Source: Priapulus caudatus | Lineage: Eukaryota | DNA: 64,000 bases | Assembly: GCF_000485595.1 (NCBI RefSeq) | Contig: NW_014577067.1 | Span: 312,564 to 376,563, forward strand | Direction: 5' to 3' | Shown: positions 39,439-53,965 of the stretch, in pieces | Numbering within the stretch: position 1 is the first letter of the stretch | Layout: every line of letters starts with the position of its first letter | Made by a program: the position numbers and the translations under genes | Notes under the pieces: model-generated | What the model saw: only the letters and a program-made list of their open reading frames with translations | Databases searched by the model: none | What the model was told of the DNA's origin: nothing

Positions 39439-39780
39439 CGACGTAGCAGAATCCACGATCGCCACTAACAGTGACTAGAAGCGCAAGTAGTCTTTCCGAA
39501 ATGCCCTCCTACAGCCCTTCTGTCATGCACCGAATAGTATTCTAGTATTCTAGTATTCTGCTATGTTTCTGGTGTTGCTGTTCGTGTGAATATTTCTATC
39601 GTGGTGATATCGAGGCAGCGCTGATGGTATATATCATGGTCCAGCAGTTTCGTGAAGCGCATTCATGATATTCTGCTGCAGAGTGAGTTACCATTCACCG
39701 TGTCGTGAGGATGTCATCACATATGACGAAGAGTCGAAGATGCACAATGTTATCATCTTTCTAAGCGCATGCATGGGAGA

Positions 39781-42700
39781 TAGTCGGTTTGCCGGCCCTA
39801 TATGTCCTATATGGGACTCTGCAATGTTAATTACTCTAAACTTTTTTATGGAAATGTGTTCTATATAGTTAGGAGAGCTGATTTAGCTTGGTTGCTACCT
39901 GTGCATCGTTGAGAATATTTTGGAATTCAAGATGGCCGCCGCCGTTCATCTTCGATTTTGGTCAATTTACAATTTGTGATCTCGATGCCCTAGAGTGTCA
40001 TGCAATACCTCTTTTTAGGGGGTTTCGAGAGCAGGGAGTCTATTTCTGGAGTTATTTTTTGGAAAAATAAGACACTTTAATGTAAATTCACTGTTCATAG
40101 ATAGTAGATAAGCATATTTCAACGAGAAAATAGCAAACAGCCTTAAACAGTACACAATAAACAGTAGTTGTCACAATCCTCTATGGCTCCTCATCCTCAT
40201 TACTCTTCAATCCGCATCATCATCATTGTCATTGTCATTGTCGTCATCTACACCTAGCTCTTCTTCATTGTCTTCGGTGTCCATCTGATTTTTCGTGAAT
40301 TGACTACAACAGGCGACTCCTCCCTCGCACTTGCAATAGTCTGTGCATGAAAGGCCTGCACGGTTGCAGCTGCAACGTTCCCCGCTGCATGCCTTGCCCT
40401 CTGCGCTGCAGCTGCAGCTCACTACATCCAGGAGCGCTTGGGGAGCAACTGGCGCTGTTGAGATGGTCGGTGTGATGGTGGAGCCTTTGATACTCCAACC
40501 AAAGTTGGTAATATGTAGAGTTTCTTCAGGTGGGCCACGTTGGTTCGCTGCCTTCCACAGTAGCATCTGAAGGTGAATTCGGAGCACATGCAGCTGCAGG
40601 TTGACGTCAGTCGGTGGCAGTTTCTTCAGTTGTGGCGGCTTCTTATGGCTGCGGTAGAGGCGAGTACGTGCATCATTCATTGTCGTACAACTTTTCTGTC
40701 CGTAGAGAGGGAAGAAGAAGCTGTCTGCTGTCGCTTTGAGTTGAGCATGGGTCGCGCCAAGCTCTCCAAGCACTTGATCCAGACCTGGTATATCAATCTC
40801 CAGGAGCTTGAGTGCTGACTGTTTTCCTTTTCCGAAGGGGTACGACACCGTATCGCAGCCTGACAGCGCATGGACACCGAGAAGCTGGCTGCACTTTCTG
40901 GGGCCTAACCGCTCAACAGTTTTGTTGATATCCAGGACATCACCATTCCACTTTTCCATTTGAATCTTGGCAATGACCCGCATCCTTGATGTCCAGTACA
41001 CCAGGAGGACGAAGACGTCTGTGTCATCACTGAGGATGCGGATTGTCTGGGCATCTTCTGCTGCCGCCTTCAGCATGTAGCTGCAGAGAGTGATGTCTGC
41101 CTCAGCATGGGTGACGACACAGTCCAGCTTGTTGACAAGCTAGATGTTGTGTCGAAGGGAGTAGCTGCATAGGATGTTGTTGAGCAGACTCTTGTTCGTG
41201 GCATTGTGAAGAATAGCTTGTCGGCATGGAAGGGGTGTGTTTGGGGTCAGCCGCACTTCCTTGGCTCTTCCTCTTCTCATCTGCTCATGCTCCTTTGCGC
41301 TAGGAGCTTCTTGGTCATACCTGTCGAACAGGACTATTTTCTTTGAGCCAGGGGGGTAGTGGGCCAGTCGAGCACCAAAGCTTGCAGCCAGATCTCCTGC
41401 GGTCCCAGCGACTGGCCACACAACGTGGTTACATCAGCTGACCGGCGTCAACCAACACCACGTCTGGAGCAGGTGGAGTCTTGACAGAAACACCGAGACA
41501 CTTGACGAGCACGGCCTTGTTGCCCTTCCTCAAACATCCATACTCATCAATCAGGGATGTTGGGACTGGACTCAGTTCAAACTGGAAGATGTTGGATAAA
41601 TCCACGCTCTGCTGCTGCCCCAAGACAAACAGCCGACTAAACAGTGTATCGATGTCGTAGATGGCCTTCCCCTTGACAGTGACTGCCTTCTTGAGTGCCT
41701 CCATTGATCTGACCATTTTCTTTATGGTTTTGTGGAAGTCACTACTTAGTGAAGCGGAAAACTGCTTGCTTTGCTCACTCCCGATAGTCAGTGCATCCTG
41801 AACATTCACTGTGTCGGGCGCCACTTGGCCATTGCAGATGTTATAGAGACCTGGATGCTGCTCGTTGAGGGGGTGAGTGTACTTCTCCAGCTCTGCTGCG
41901 ATCTTCCTCTGATCGACCTCATCCAGTCTTCTTCTTCCCTCTCCTTCCTCCTTGTGCTTGTTCTTCTCCTCTCCATCCACTCGACCATGTGGCTTCTCCT
42001 CATCCCCAGCTTCACTGTACATAATTATCTTCCATGGCGATGTCGAGGTGGGCACACACACTGAAACTGTTGACCCACACAGCCACTTGCTCGGCGCTCG
42101 TCGATATGCCCTTCATACCTCCAGCACCCTTCCCTCGCTTGATATATGTCTGTTCGCCGAACTGATCTGCTGGCACTGCGGTCCCGCCATCAGAATGCCG
42201 ACAGACATGTGCGCCTGCCAGTAGGTCCTCCCGGGCACGCTGGGAAAGATGCTCCATCTGTCGCACATACCAGCTCATGTAGCGGGCATAATTGTGGTGA
42301 CCTGCTGCGAAGAAATACGGCAGCATTGCCTTGAGACAGTGCTGCTGGAGGAGAAAGTCACCATTCCGCTCTCCACGCAGGAACATGAGCGCCAGCAGTG
42401 TCGGCTTGATGAGACAGTCCACCCATAGCCTCCCGGTTGGGTTTTTTTCTGGCTGTCTCCAGGTAGTCACTCAGCTCTTGGTATGTCTTGGCACCATTTG
42501 AGTAGAAACTCTGCAGCAACACGGCGATGATGAGACGGTATGCCCGTAGAACCTTTGTCCAGACCTTCCCGGCGATGATGCTAGTCATTCCACCAAACGC
42601 TGCGCATGAGAACGTCTACGCCAGATGCCTTCATCTGTGTCCCTATACAGCCCAGGAAACTCATGAGAGTGTGCATCATGCCCGGGTGAAGTATAAGGTT

Positions 42701-45179
42701 GGTCCAGCGCTGAGGGCCTTTTCATTGGACTAGGCATGCAGTCTGATATAGTTGGAGATCAACAGAGAGGTGGGTGTACTGCATCCAGAAAGTTTTGAGA
42801 TGTCCTCGAGAGTCCTCTCGAGATACAGGAGCGTAGTCAGAACGGTGTCTGGGTGAGCAGGTGGTGAATCGATCATCGGTCCAAACACCACCAGTGTCTT
42901 GGGCTTATGGGCAGAGCCCGCCACTAGTCGGTCTTGCTGAGCATTAAAGCCCGCCCACTCTCAAAGCTTATCACTCTCATGGACTTGCGACAGCCAGGCT
43001 GCGTCTCGCTGCTGACTGAAACTCACTGCAGCGGATTGAAGCTGTGACTCTTCTGCGGACAGAGCTTTCATTGGAATCAGAGGTGGATTCAGCTTGGAAG
43101 GTCCTGTGTAGTGCTGCAGCTGTATAGCCTGATTGGCCATGAGTCGCTGAGAGAATGCCTCGTGTTTCTTGACTTGAGGGATTGTGAGCTGCTCCACACC
43201 AATGTTTCCTGTTTCGATGATGCCGGCAGGATGCTGGGTGAACTCCATGACCATGGTGTGGGTGGTTTTCATCCCATTTGGGCTCGTAATGTTCAAGTCG
43301 TAGTTGTCAGCCCAACTGAAAATAGGGCAGATCTCTCTGCTCAAGCCAAGCTTCGTGTGGTAATTTGACTGGTTGTCCAATACCAACTTGGCCACTGACT
43401 TGCGAAAGCGCAGCACTTCGTCATAGGTGCTTGTGATGCCGTGCTCATTGAGAGTTTTGATGAGCTATGAACTGCCATGCTTGTGGTGTAGTTTCACAAC
43501 CAGCCCGAGCGTGGTCTGGTTTTTGTTGGCACCGCCAATGTGCTGCTGAATGCACTGAGCCAAGGTCAGTGACGGCTTGAATATGATACGATACGAGGTT
43601 AGAGACTAGTTTAAGAAGAGTTGCACTGGTGCTCTCGATGACCTCTTGACGAGCATAGTCATTGAAGTTGTAGTTCCCAGGTCTAGGTGTAGCAATGACC
43701 TCGCTCTGGATCTTCCTCACTTGCTTCTCCAGATCATCGCCGTCATTCTTGCTCTAGCTTATTTCGACAATTCAGATAAATTTTCCAAGGTTGGCTTTAA
43801 ATCCAACTACACTGCCACAGCCCTCGATGTGGAGTAAGAGCAGTTTGTCACCGAAGTGGGCCATGACACTGGACATGAACTGTCTTCTTAACACTGTGCC
43901 CGAGGCAGCGAGGTACATGGAGTACAGCTGCGATGTCGTCCACGTCTCTGTCACGTTCTCAATCATCGTCGAGATGACGGACCTCAGCGCCTCCTCCACA
44001 GGCGCCATGATGGAGGGAAGGGTCAATGGAACCATACGGAAAGAATTGTAACAGTGGACATGGTACTGAGCGTCAGCAGCATGTAGATCAATGATCCCAC
44101 CGAGTCTAGCCATTACTTCGTTAGCCCACTGGTTCTGTCTCTCATCACAGATGTTCTCCAACTTTTGCTTGAATGTGATAGTACTACATCTATCTACAGT
44201 TTTACACTGCATGACCTGCACCCACCTATGTAGGTTTTTACTGTATTTCGGCTTACACTCATTCCCGCACAGCAGACAGTGTCGATTGAACTCAAAGTCT
44301 TTACATTCGGACTTCAACATCATTTTGGAAACACCAACGTTAGCCTGGAAAGCCTTTCTCTTTCTCTGTTTATTGTTTCTACTCGTCGATGTATAACTAC
44401 AGTAACATGACTTGTGAGCTAGAATTTCACTTCCTGACAAAGTTGTGTACAGTTCATCCCGTTTCGTTTTGCTTGTACCAATGATCTTCTGCACGGCCAC
44501 GGTCTTAAATGTTTGCAATGCTCCCTGGGCATTACATGGACTGAAGAGGCACTTCTCTCTAGCAGGCATGATGACTGCGATGGCCTAGGGTACCGCAGGA
44601 CTGATGCTGGTATGCTGACCACGCCGGATCGGCTCACTCTGAAATTCCAATCCAATTCCAAGAAATCCAATTCCAAGAAATTCAAATTCCAAGAAATCTC
44701 GAATTCCAAGAAATGCTCAACGATGCACAGGTAGCAACCAAGCTAGAGTCCTAAAGTCATAGAGGATTGTGACAACTACTGTTTATTGTGTACTGTTTAA
44801 GGTTGTTTGCCATTTTCTTGTTGAAATATGCCTATCTACTATCTATGAACAGTGAATTTACATTAAAGTGTCTTATTTTGACCGTTGACCTTTATTTTGA
44901 CATTGCCCTTGACCCCATATCCAAAAAATAACTCGAAAAGCCCTCGAAAATCCCTAAAAAGAGGTATTGCATGACACTCTAGGGCATCGAGATCACAAAT
45001 TGTAAATTGATCAAAATCCAAGATGAACGGCGGCGGCCATCTTGAATTCCAAGAAATGCTCAACGATGCACAGGTAGCAACCAAGCTAATTCAGCTCTCC
45101 TAACTATATAGAACACATTTCCATAAAAAAGGTTTAGAGTAATTAACATTGCAGGGTCAACATTTTTGCAACTGGACTA
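39781..45179 (-). mobile_element. Near full-length Academ (XPG-type) DNA transposon, family 1
   Basis: Termini TAGTC...GACTA; 3-bp TSD AGA (39778-39780, 45180-45182); ~400-bp imperfect TIRs; one long broken reading frame inside. Confidence 0.88.
40207..44569 (-). pseudogene. Academ polyprotein (transposase, XPG/FEN-like nuclease, Cys-rich finger), disrupted
   Basis: Consecutive ORF pieces: HKSCYCSYTS, CLLCG, DLHAADAQYH, WADNYD, HHNYARY, DQFGEQT, VLVDAGQL, LFDRYD, DDTDVFVLL, HALSGCDT, CSC..C..CSC..CTDYCKC, acidic tail. Confidence 0.85.
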
Positions 45180-45669
45180 AGAGATAGACATCGCGTCAGT
45201 CTGTGACAGCAGGGCAACGATAAAATTTTAAAAATGACATGTTATTGAGAACAATCTCGGTTATGTGATTGACTAAAATGCGTTCTCTAACATAGCAGTA
45301 ATATCTGAGTAATATACGAAGTGATAATGGTGTATAATGCGATCGATTGATGTACACAGGCCGACACATCCATATAGTAGGGCACATATCCATAGGTTAC
45401 TTGAGCTCAGCTAATTTGGAGTGTCAAGCCACTTGAAGTGTCCAAAGTCTAACATAACAAATTTACAATAAAGATAGGTGCAGCTCAGTTAGAGCTAGAG
45501 ATGAGATTTCCTGAAAGCTTGCAATAAGATGTTTCTAAGGCTAGCAAGGCGATTTTCAATAGCTAGCGAGAAGATATCGATAGGATGGAGAGATTTTTTC
45601 AGGATTGGCGAAGAGATTTTGAGAGCGATTATTGTTCACTGGTGTTCACCTAAGGTGTTCGTTCATTCT

Positions 45670-45690
45670 TTCTCTCTCATGCTCTCGCTC

Positions 45691-45752
<62 letters not shown>

Positions 45753-45878
45753 ATAATATTATATATATATATAAATATGTATCTATAAATAAGTAACTAA
45801 ATATATATATATATATAATAATTCCTCTCTATCTCTCTCACGCTCTCTCTTTCTCACTCCTCGCTCTCTTCCGCGCGC

Positions 45879-45939
<61 letters not shown>

Positions 45940-45999
45940 CGTCTCTCTCTCACTCTCTCTCTCTCTCCTCTCTTTCTCCCCCCTCGCTCTCTTCCGCGC

Positions 46000-46032
<33 letters not shown>

Positions 46033-46050
46033 CCACACTCTCTCTATATA
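45670..46050. repeat. (CT)n/(TA)n compound microsatellite
   Basis: Direct reading. Confidence 0.9.
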
Positions 46051-46509
46051 TTTACCAGGCGCGTAGTCATCGCTGGCAACAAGAAGGTTTCTTAATGCCG
46101 GTTCGCGGCAGCTTAAGCTAGTAGCGCGGCGCCGCAAATTTGCCGGGATTACAGCTCAGCAGTTTGGGTCAGAAGGCGTTGGCGTGCATCGGTGAGCGCC
46201 ATACCGTGATTAGTATGAACCGTATCCATCGCTGCTGCATGATCCAGGCTGCAGTCAGGTTGCCCTATATACGGCTATCCTTCCCGAAGAAAATCCGTTA
46301 AATACCATGAATTTCCTAGATCCCTTGTTCCTATCACATCCTATCCTTGATTAATTCAAGTAGTTATTGCAAAGGGAGGTTGGTATGAAATTATCAATCA
46401 CAGTGAGTCGAGCGAGAAAACCCACCCAGACCGCACTCATCTTGCGCGATCTAGGAGCAAAAATATTCGCGCTAGCGCCTACACCTAAATTTCCTTCATA
46501 TATATATAT

Positions 46510-46569
<60 letters not shown>

Positions 46570-47447
46570 TTATTTATATATATATATATATATTTATTTA
46601 TTATATATATAATATGTGTGTCTGTGCGTGCGTGCGTGCGTGTGCGTGCGTGCGTGCGTGCGTGCATGCGTGCGTGCGTGATTGCGTGTGTGTGTATTTC
46701 TATATATTATAAGGTACAATTATTATATATATATATATATAATATATATATAATATATAATCTTACTGAAGATGGCCGTCCATCGTTCATTATTAAATAT
46801 AAGCCCGTCACCAGCCACGCACTATCACCCGGGACCCGCGCCTGATATAACTGTCCAGCCTGACGAGGCGACCATGTCGTTCCAGCCCACCAGTATAGGG
46901 AGCACAGCAAACTCACATTTGCAATCATAATAACCAGCGATCGCAAGCGTATAAGACGTGATAGGATTAGCCCGCCTCCACGACATTGTAGGACCATCAG
47001 GCCGGTGTCCGTGTTCCCGCCGCACACAAGCCCCTCGCAGAACGTCACTAACGTCGCACTCCCTCGAGCATAGTTACCAAACTAAGCGCGTGCATGCGCT
47101 GTGTCAGCCGGACGTAGTACTACGATAATGGCGATGGGATACGAGCATTTCTTTTAGAATTGATGATTCCTTTATCGACCTTTATGAGACGTCGCTACAT
47201 GTTTGAACAAATTAGACATTAGCGAAATAGCGAATCGACTCCGCTGCTGCTAAGCATGGTAATAAGCCGTCACGCAGCGCATATACTAACCAACTATATT
47301 TTCGAGATCGCCATGCGTCCGTTCCTGTATCGTGTAGTATCTTTTACTTAGAGAAATTGACATTAATGAAAAAGAAATCAATCTCAGTGTATGTCGATCT
47401 GTCTCTTCTGACTGGCATGATTAGTAAGTAGATGCTATATGCATACT

Positions 47448-47490
47448 ATATATTATATATATATATATGCGTGTGCGTGCGTGTGCGGGC

Positions 47491-47522
<32 letters not shown>

Positions 47523-47675
47523 GCGTGTGCGTGTGCGTGTGCGTGTGCGTGTGCGTGTGCGTGTGCGTGTGCGTGTGCGTGGGCGTGCGCGTGTGCGTGT
47601 GCGTGTGCGTGTGCGTGTGCGTATGCGTATTCATGTGTGTATGTGTGTGTGCGTGTGTGCGTCTGTGTGTGTGTG
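47448..47675. repeat. (TA)n-(GT)n-(GTGTGC)n microsatellite
   Basis: Direct reading. Confidence 0.92.
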
Positions 47676-48045
47676 GGTGGAGAGAGGGGGGAATAACAGC
47701 ACGTCTTTCCACCGATATTAAAGTATTCTAAAGAAGTTTCTCCATCCCTTTCCCGGTCATTCTAACGACCGACATCTATCACCGATAAACTGTCATGTGC
47801 CTGTAGAAATTCCGCGACTACGACAGCGTAACGCGCAGCCCGCATCTAGATTCAGTCCGCTGCGCTACTATAAGGCGTGCACGAGTCCTGTCGAACACGA
47901 TTCGACATGGCTGATCGGCAGTGACAGGGTTGACAGCCATCAACTACACGCTCGCGTTGTCTCGCACAACAACGGTGTCCCGGTGCGGTCACGGGCTGTG
48001 CATTCGCAGTAAGACCCGCCGTGCGATAACATGGCGGTGGACTCG

Positions 48046-48205
48046 CAGTGGTGGAACCAGGGGGGGGGCACAAGAGACGGTCGCCCCCCTAGAATTTTCA
48101 GGGCAAGGGTGTTTTAGCCTAACACCCTCCTCCTCGGGCGCTTCGTGGCCTTGAGCTCGCATGATTCGCCCCCCCCCCTAGAATTCCCTTCTGGATCCGC
48201 CGCTG
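48046..48205. mobile_element. Short hAT-like MITE
   Basis: CAGTGGTGGAACCAG / CTGGATCCGCCGCTG termini; TSD degenerate; internal motif shared in reverse with ~15585-15615. Confidence 0.65.
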
Positions 48206-48787
48206 TGGAGTATAGAGAACGGGGAGACACGACAGCGATACGCGCGGTTTCTACGTCGCCATGACGCACGCTATGCAGCGCGTAGCTGCTCTCCACTCGC
48301 ACGTCGGGAGACGCGATATCTGCACAATATATACAGAAGAAGAAGCAAGCGTGCAGCATGCACGGGGCGGGAACGTCTGCGTCTGCCCGATGTGCATATT
48401 TATCTACCTAATTCGCGACGATTCAAGGCGTCTGCTTTTATGCATACGTAAGCGCGCGCGAGAAAGAGAATAAATGTTTGCGTCTTTTGCGCCCCGTATT
48501 GCGCGCGCGACTAGTGATTGTTGACACAGGGGAGTGTGCGCTGTGATGTTTCTAGAGAGCGCACAAGACAGTGGGGAATTTGAATATTTGCCTGCGACGC
48601 GCGCGAATAATAACAAAAATGGGTCAGCGGACTACTAGGGCGCTGGAGAGATGTCGCAGGAACGAGAATGTCCGTGCGATTGTGCGGGATGACGTTATCC
48701 GAGAAGCCAATCTATTATCTGTACTCATATTGTTATAGCCATATAACGACCGAGATGCATATCTTCCCCGCTGTTTCGGTGCGCACG

Positions 48788-48976
48788 TAATGTTCATTGT
48801 TCATGTTCATTGTTCGTAATGTTCATTGTTAATTGTTCGTAATGTTCATTGTTCATGTTCATTGTTTGTAATGTTCATTGTTCGTAATGTTCATTGTTCG
48901 TAATGTTCATTGTTCATGTTCATTGTTCGTAATGTTCATTGTTCATGTTCATTGTTCGTAATGTTCATTGCTCATG
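48788..48976. repeat. (TAATGTTCATTGTTC)-type minisatellite
   Basis: Direct reading. Confidence 0.9.
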
Positions 48977-49086
48977 TCGCCGTTCTCTGTAATACTGGAT
49001 ACTATACAGAATGAAGATCAATTTAAATCTCTAATCACAAATTTCAGACATCTGATCAACTTTACCCACTAATGGACTAACGAGTG

Positions 49087-49593
49087 TACAGGCAACCTTG
49101 TAGTTAAGGATCATTCAGAGGAACATCACCAACGTGTAATTTGTAGGCAGGTGTTCGTTTCATAGAGGTGGTTTAACCGTGTATCTGCCACTCAAGAGAA
49201 ACGCCAAAACTGTTCTTTATAGGCACGAGTTCTTTCTGTATAGGTGGTTTCACTGTCTTACTGATATTCAAGGAAGGGCCAAAGGTGTTCTCTGTAGACA
49301 GAGTCCTTTATAGGCACGGGTTCTTTCTGTATAGGTGGTTTCACTGTCTTACTGATATTCAAGGAAGGGGCAGAGGTGTTCTCTGTAGTTAGGATTTCCG
49401 TTCTATACAGAAGTAGTTTAACTGCATAGCTTTCACCACTCAAGGAAACCGCTTGAAGTACCCTTTTATAAACATGGTCCCGTTCTATAAAGCTGGTTTT
49501 ACTGCATAATTGTTCCTCAAGGGACACATTAAGTGATCCTTATAGACGGGTGTTCGTTTTACATAGGTACCCGCTAATACAGGGTTCACCGTA
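49087..49593. mobile_element. Degenerate Tc1/pogo-like MITE with an internal direct repeat
   Basis: TA-flanked TACAGGCAACCTTGTA ... TACAGGGTTCACCGTA ends; TTTATAGGCACG.GTTCTTTCTGTATAGGTGG unit duplicated at ~49216 and ~49307. Confidence 0.6.
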
Positions 49594-49615
49594 TGAATTT
49601 GTTTCTCCGTGACAG

Positions 49616-49866
49616 ATCTCGAGGAAACGTTCGAGACGGACCTGGACCGGCACATTAAGCTGTTCGACGAGGTCGAGAAGACGCTGGAGCGAGAGAACGC
49701 ACGACTCATCGACACGCCAGACGACTACAAGACGTTGACCCGAAACGTAGAGAAGCTCGGCGACAAGACGATCGTCACCAACCGCACCGTCGTCAAGCAT
49801 ACCCTGCACAACGGCAAGGGTCTCTCAATACTCGAAGAGCAAGAGGTGACGCTGGACGATAACAAG
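49616..49866 (+). CDS. Coding exon 2 of the secreted protein (Soggy-like core)
   Basis: Acceptor TTTGTTTCTCCGTGACAG|AT in phase 1 matches exon 1; strongly GC3-biased; DLEETFE...TPDDYKTLTRNVEKLGDKTIVTNRTVVKHT...DDNK; donor AAG|GTATAC, phase 0. Confidence 0.8.
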
Positions 49867-52800
49867 GTATACGATTCGATCTCTCTGTACGAAGAACGAA
49901 TGCCACGAATGAAGGCACTCGCCAAGTAGCGTTTCCATGGTTCTGTCGCCGCGCGCATTTACATAATATACGACACAATACATTGATCGGTTGCATTAGC
50001 GTTACACGTTCCTCGTGCGGCTGGATATTTTGCTGCTTTTAATTAAGTATAGCACTTTTAAAAGGAACCATTTTCTTTTGGACATGAATGAATGCAATAT
50101 ATACATGCGCATGGTAAGTTTCATGAAACGACTCGGTGTTTCCTTTGGTTTCATCAGACTGGTTATACTTTATTGAAGGAAATTAGCGACTGCACAACGT
50201 CGGCTGGTTGGTGCGTGATTAAAATAGTTTCGTGTTTCACTTAGGCAAAACCGCTATTCTCGCTACAGTAGTTTTTCTACCATATCCTCTCCAAAAGCGC
50301 GGCCAGGCTGGTTGGTATATCGATCTCCATATAAGCCTTTTAAAATCCCCGGCACTTCCTTCACAGCCCATACAGTGTGTAACGTTAGGCGTAGACAAAA
50401 TAAAGCCCAATAATGCGATCAGTCGTAAAGACGATTTTATTACGAACCACTTCAATGCGAAAATCAATTTCCACTTAGCTCACATTAATTAATACCGTTG
50501 TAAATGATTTGCAAACTCCTATATAATGTCGGTTTCATCAATACAGTCGCACGAATGCCTATTTACAGCGCATAATAGGGTGTCTTTACCCCCGGATGTG
50601 GGCGGAACAACTACGGTGATTTATTGGCTTCGAGTTTATCATAAATTGTTTGTGATAACGACTGGAATCATTACCAACATGGCTGTTTCGACCGCGATGA
50701 GCGTATATATGTCTGTAATGCACATCTGTCTGATAAGGAGGACGTATTATTATAGGAAATCGGTAGATTGCGTGACAACTGAACCACCTTAAATAACGTC
50801 TGCATTCCTTAAAGATAATATGAAACATGGCTGTCGTGTTTTCTACGCGTTCAAACTACATATTTATGAAAATCGGGTTTTTCGTTGACATGTTAAAGCC
50901 ATAGAAATAGCCGTTTTATTGATCACACTTTACTTTCGTGCTATAAGAAATCGGGAAAATTTATTTGCGATCTATAGAGATGTTTTTTCAATTAACCATG
51001 TAAAATGTTATCATAAGCACAAATACACACAGAACTTCGATTTAAATTGCCTACTATGCGTTATAAATATAAAAAAGAGAAGTATTAGAAATAAATATGC
51101 GTTATTGCATATGACCGTGGAATAAAGTTGATAGACTGCGTGCGTATATATATATCCTTATATTCCCAGTTTTATACGTCGGTGTATCGGCCCTAACGTA
51201 GCGTAATATAATGTAACGTTGCATAACGTAGCGTAGCGCAGCGGTATCTAACGTAATATAGCATAACGTTGGAGACGACATGTTGCTTTACCAGCGTACA
51301 TGCGCATAGAATAGGTGGACAAATCCCTCCTATTAGAGGCACTCGGTTGAATTGTCCGTCATCGACTATCATGTCAACGCGCGTATTAACGGAATCAGAC
51401 AGTTACCGCGAATCACTTCGACTAGCTTCCAGGACGGAAATGATGGAAATTGCACTTCGTCTCGATAGCTTTCGGTGAATCGTGGCAAATTTTGACAGGA
51501 CATGAGGGTTTTTCAGAAAATGACTTCGAGTAAGTAGTGCGTCGCGGTTGCCTCAAAGATGCATTGAAAGTTTGCCATTGATAGCGTGCAACATGATTTC
51601 GTTTCGTGTCGATGCGTTACTGTTTGATTTAATGGACTTCTTTTGTCGTATTGCACGGTGCTTGTATCTGGTCTGAATTCGTCATAGATAGAGAAAATTA
51701 TCGACGGCGGAACGCCGAGCCTTCGATTGCCTACACTGATCGTATCCATCATTTAGAAATTCGTTTATATGTACGATCGCTCGGAACTTGGGCAGAATTA
51801 TTTACGATTAATGTTCCGTAACGCGCATGGAAGCCATTATCGTATGAGATTAACATATTTAAGAATCGAAACGATGTCTAGTCGAATCGAACCGATGTAT
51901 ATGTCAACACAGTATCCAACTCAACAGCGACGCTGGGGGAAATTGAGGCATCAGTATGCCTATCGCCAGATGTTTGAACTCCAGGTCACAGCGGTCGCTT
52001 TATTTAGGTTTAAAATGTACGTGCATAGCTCTTTCTATTCTCTCTTTCCCTTCTCTCTCTTACTTTGTTATTCCACTCTGTCTTTTTTTTCTCTCTCTCT
52101 CGATGTTTTTCTCATTGTTTTCCTCATTTTGCGTGTGTGTGTGTGTGTGTGTATATGCGTGCGTGCGCGCTCGTGTGTATCTGCGTGCGTGTGCGTGACG
52201 CTTTAAGGCCCTTAACGTGCCTGCTCTCTGACCTTTTCCCCGTCTTTCTTTCTCTTCACTCTCCCTCTCCGCTCTCGCATTCTCCACCACACCTTTCACT
52301 CTGGTTGGCTTGCTCTCTGTCTGTTTGTCGGTCTATCTTTCGTTTTAAGCAAGTAATCTTTGCCCGTATATAACTATTGGAATATTATATCCCCACGCGT
52401 GCCAATAAAAGTGAGCAATAGTCCAGAGTTGCGTGCTGCTCGCTTCATGAAATATGTGCGCAGCACTTATAGTTTAGAGGCAATCGAGCAAAGGCAGAGT
52501 AGAGCGTTCGAAACGTCACTCCATTATGCCGGCATATTTTAAGACGTCTCCCTTGCGGGCGATTGATGCCGAGATGTTTTCCATCCGGTCATCAATAATG
52601 TTAAGATTATTGGAAAAAAGCAAAAAGATAAAATCCTATTGCAGTGATCAGACAAAACCATGAGTGATTAGTGCTTGCAGCACGCGGCCCATGCACCATC
52701 ATTTGCATGTTTGCGCAAAAATACAAAAACCCGTAATAACTGCCTTTCGGTGAACAATTCGGGAGAATGTTTTCCTTGAAATCAGATCGCCGTGATATAT

Positions 52801-53965
52801 TTCGGAATCGCTATGCTGTCCATGTTACGGACCCGAGCCACGCACCATCTCTACGCGCTCGAACTCTTAACGTGCGCTGCCGTAAAATTGATATTTGTTT
52901 CGATCACGAATTTAGGTCTCTCTCTCTACGCTAATATTTCCTCGATTGTTCAGCTCGAATCAAAACTACACCCACCAACTTCGAGTGCCAGCCGATGATT
53001 GCCTTAAACTATAGTCATGAGAGCCGATATGGAAATCTGACAAAATTCGTCCTCGTGGTGGTGGCTCCCAGACCGTCGGTTCTGAGCAGGCGGAGGGTTT
53101 CACGTGCTTATCGTCCGCCATCTTTCATAGACGGACGCGGAGGCACATGCTTATCAATAAACCGCAATATCCTGACTAACGTCGCGCGAGGAGCCGTGCG
53201 AGCGCTCGTGGACGCGGCAATATATAGAAAACGGAGAATTCTCTGCGGGAAATAAACGTGATTGAGCGTCGACAAACCGTTTGCGCAGGACTTAGCACGC
53301 CGCGCAATCAGAGCGGGACGGAACGAGGCGTGTATTCTAATGCATGCCTCGACGACTTACACTCGCGCTGGAGTCTGAGGAGCCAGAGGAGTCTGAGCCT
53401 CGAGTATACGGGCCATACGTCTCACTAAAACCAAAGACTAGATAGGAAAATTGTTAATCCCATCTTAACCGATTGAGCACCGTACTGCTACTATACGACT
53501 AGGAGATCATAGACTACTACGAGCCCTTCTATGTACAGAGATAAAAGCGGCAGTGAAAGAGGCCGCATGCTGTGATTGAAATTACTGATACGTATGCATA
53601 TATATTAATCTTTGACGAAAGATTCGGGTGTTATGTAAATTGTGTAGATTTTTACAGAATGATCTGATTACGGTGGATTAATGGGTAGTTACTTTTAGTG
53701 AACGTTGATCGGGTTTACCTCTGCGGTCAACTGGGAATAATTTCATCTTCATCATATCGTTCTAGCTCCGGAATATTCGCGTTGAATTCTATGAAACCCC
53801 GGACGTAGAGGTTTTTTGATAAACGCATGACTTTATCAAGCAAAGTTTTAAACTATTAGTTACATATATATCAATATATTCCATTGAGGTCTTTCCGGTA
53901 AGGTTAGACCAGATAAATGATAGATGAGAATATATGATAGACAAAAAATGTTTGTAGGCGGCGTT

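Noticed and set aside
40207..41076. Host FEN1/XPG repair gene
   Set aside because: Intronless, broken, fused to transposase motifs and enclosed by TIRs with a TSD
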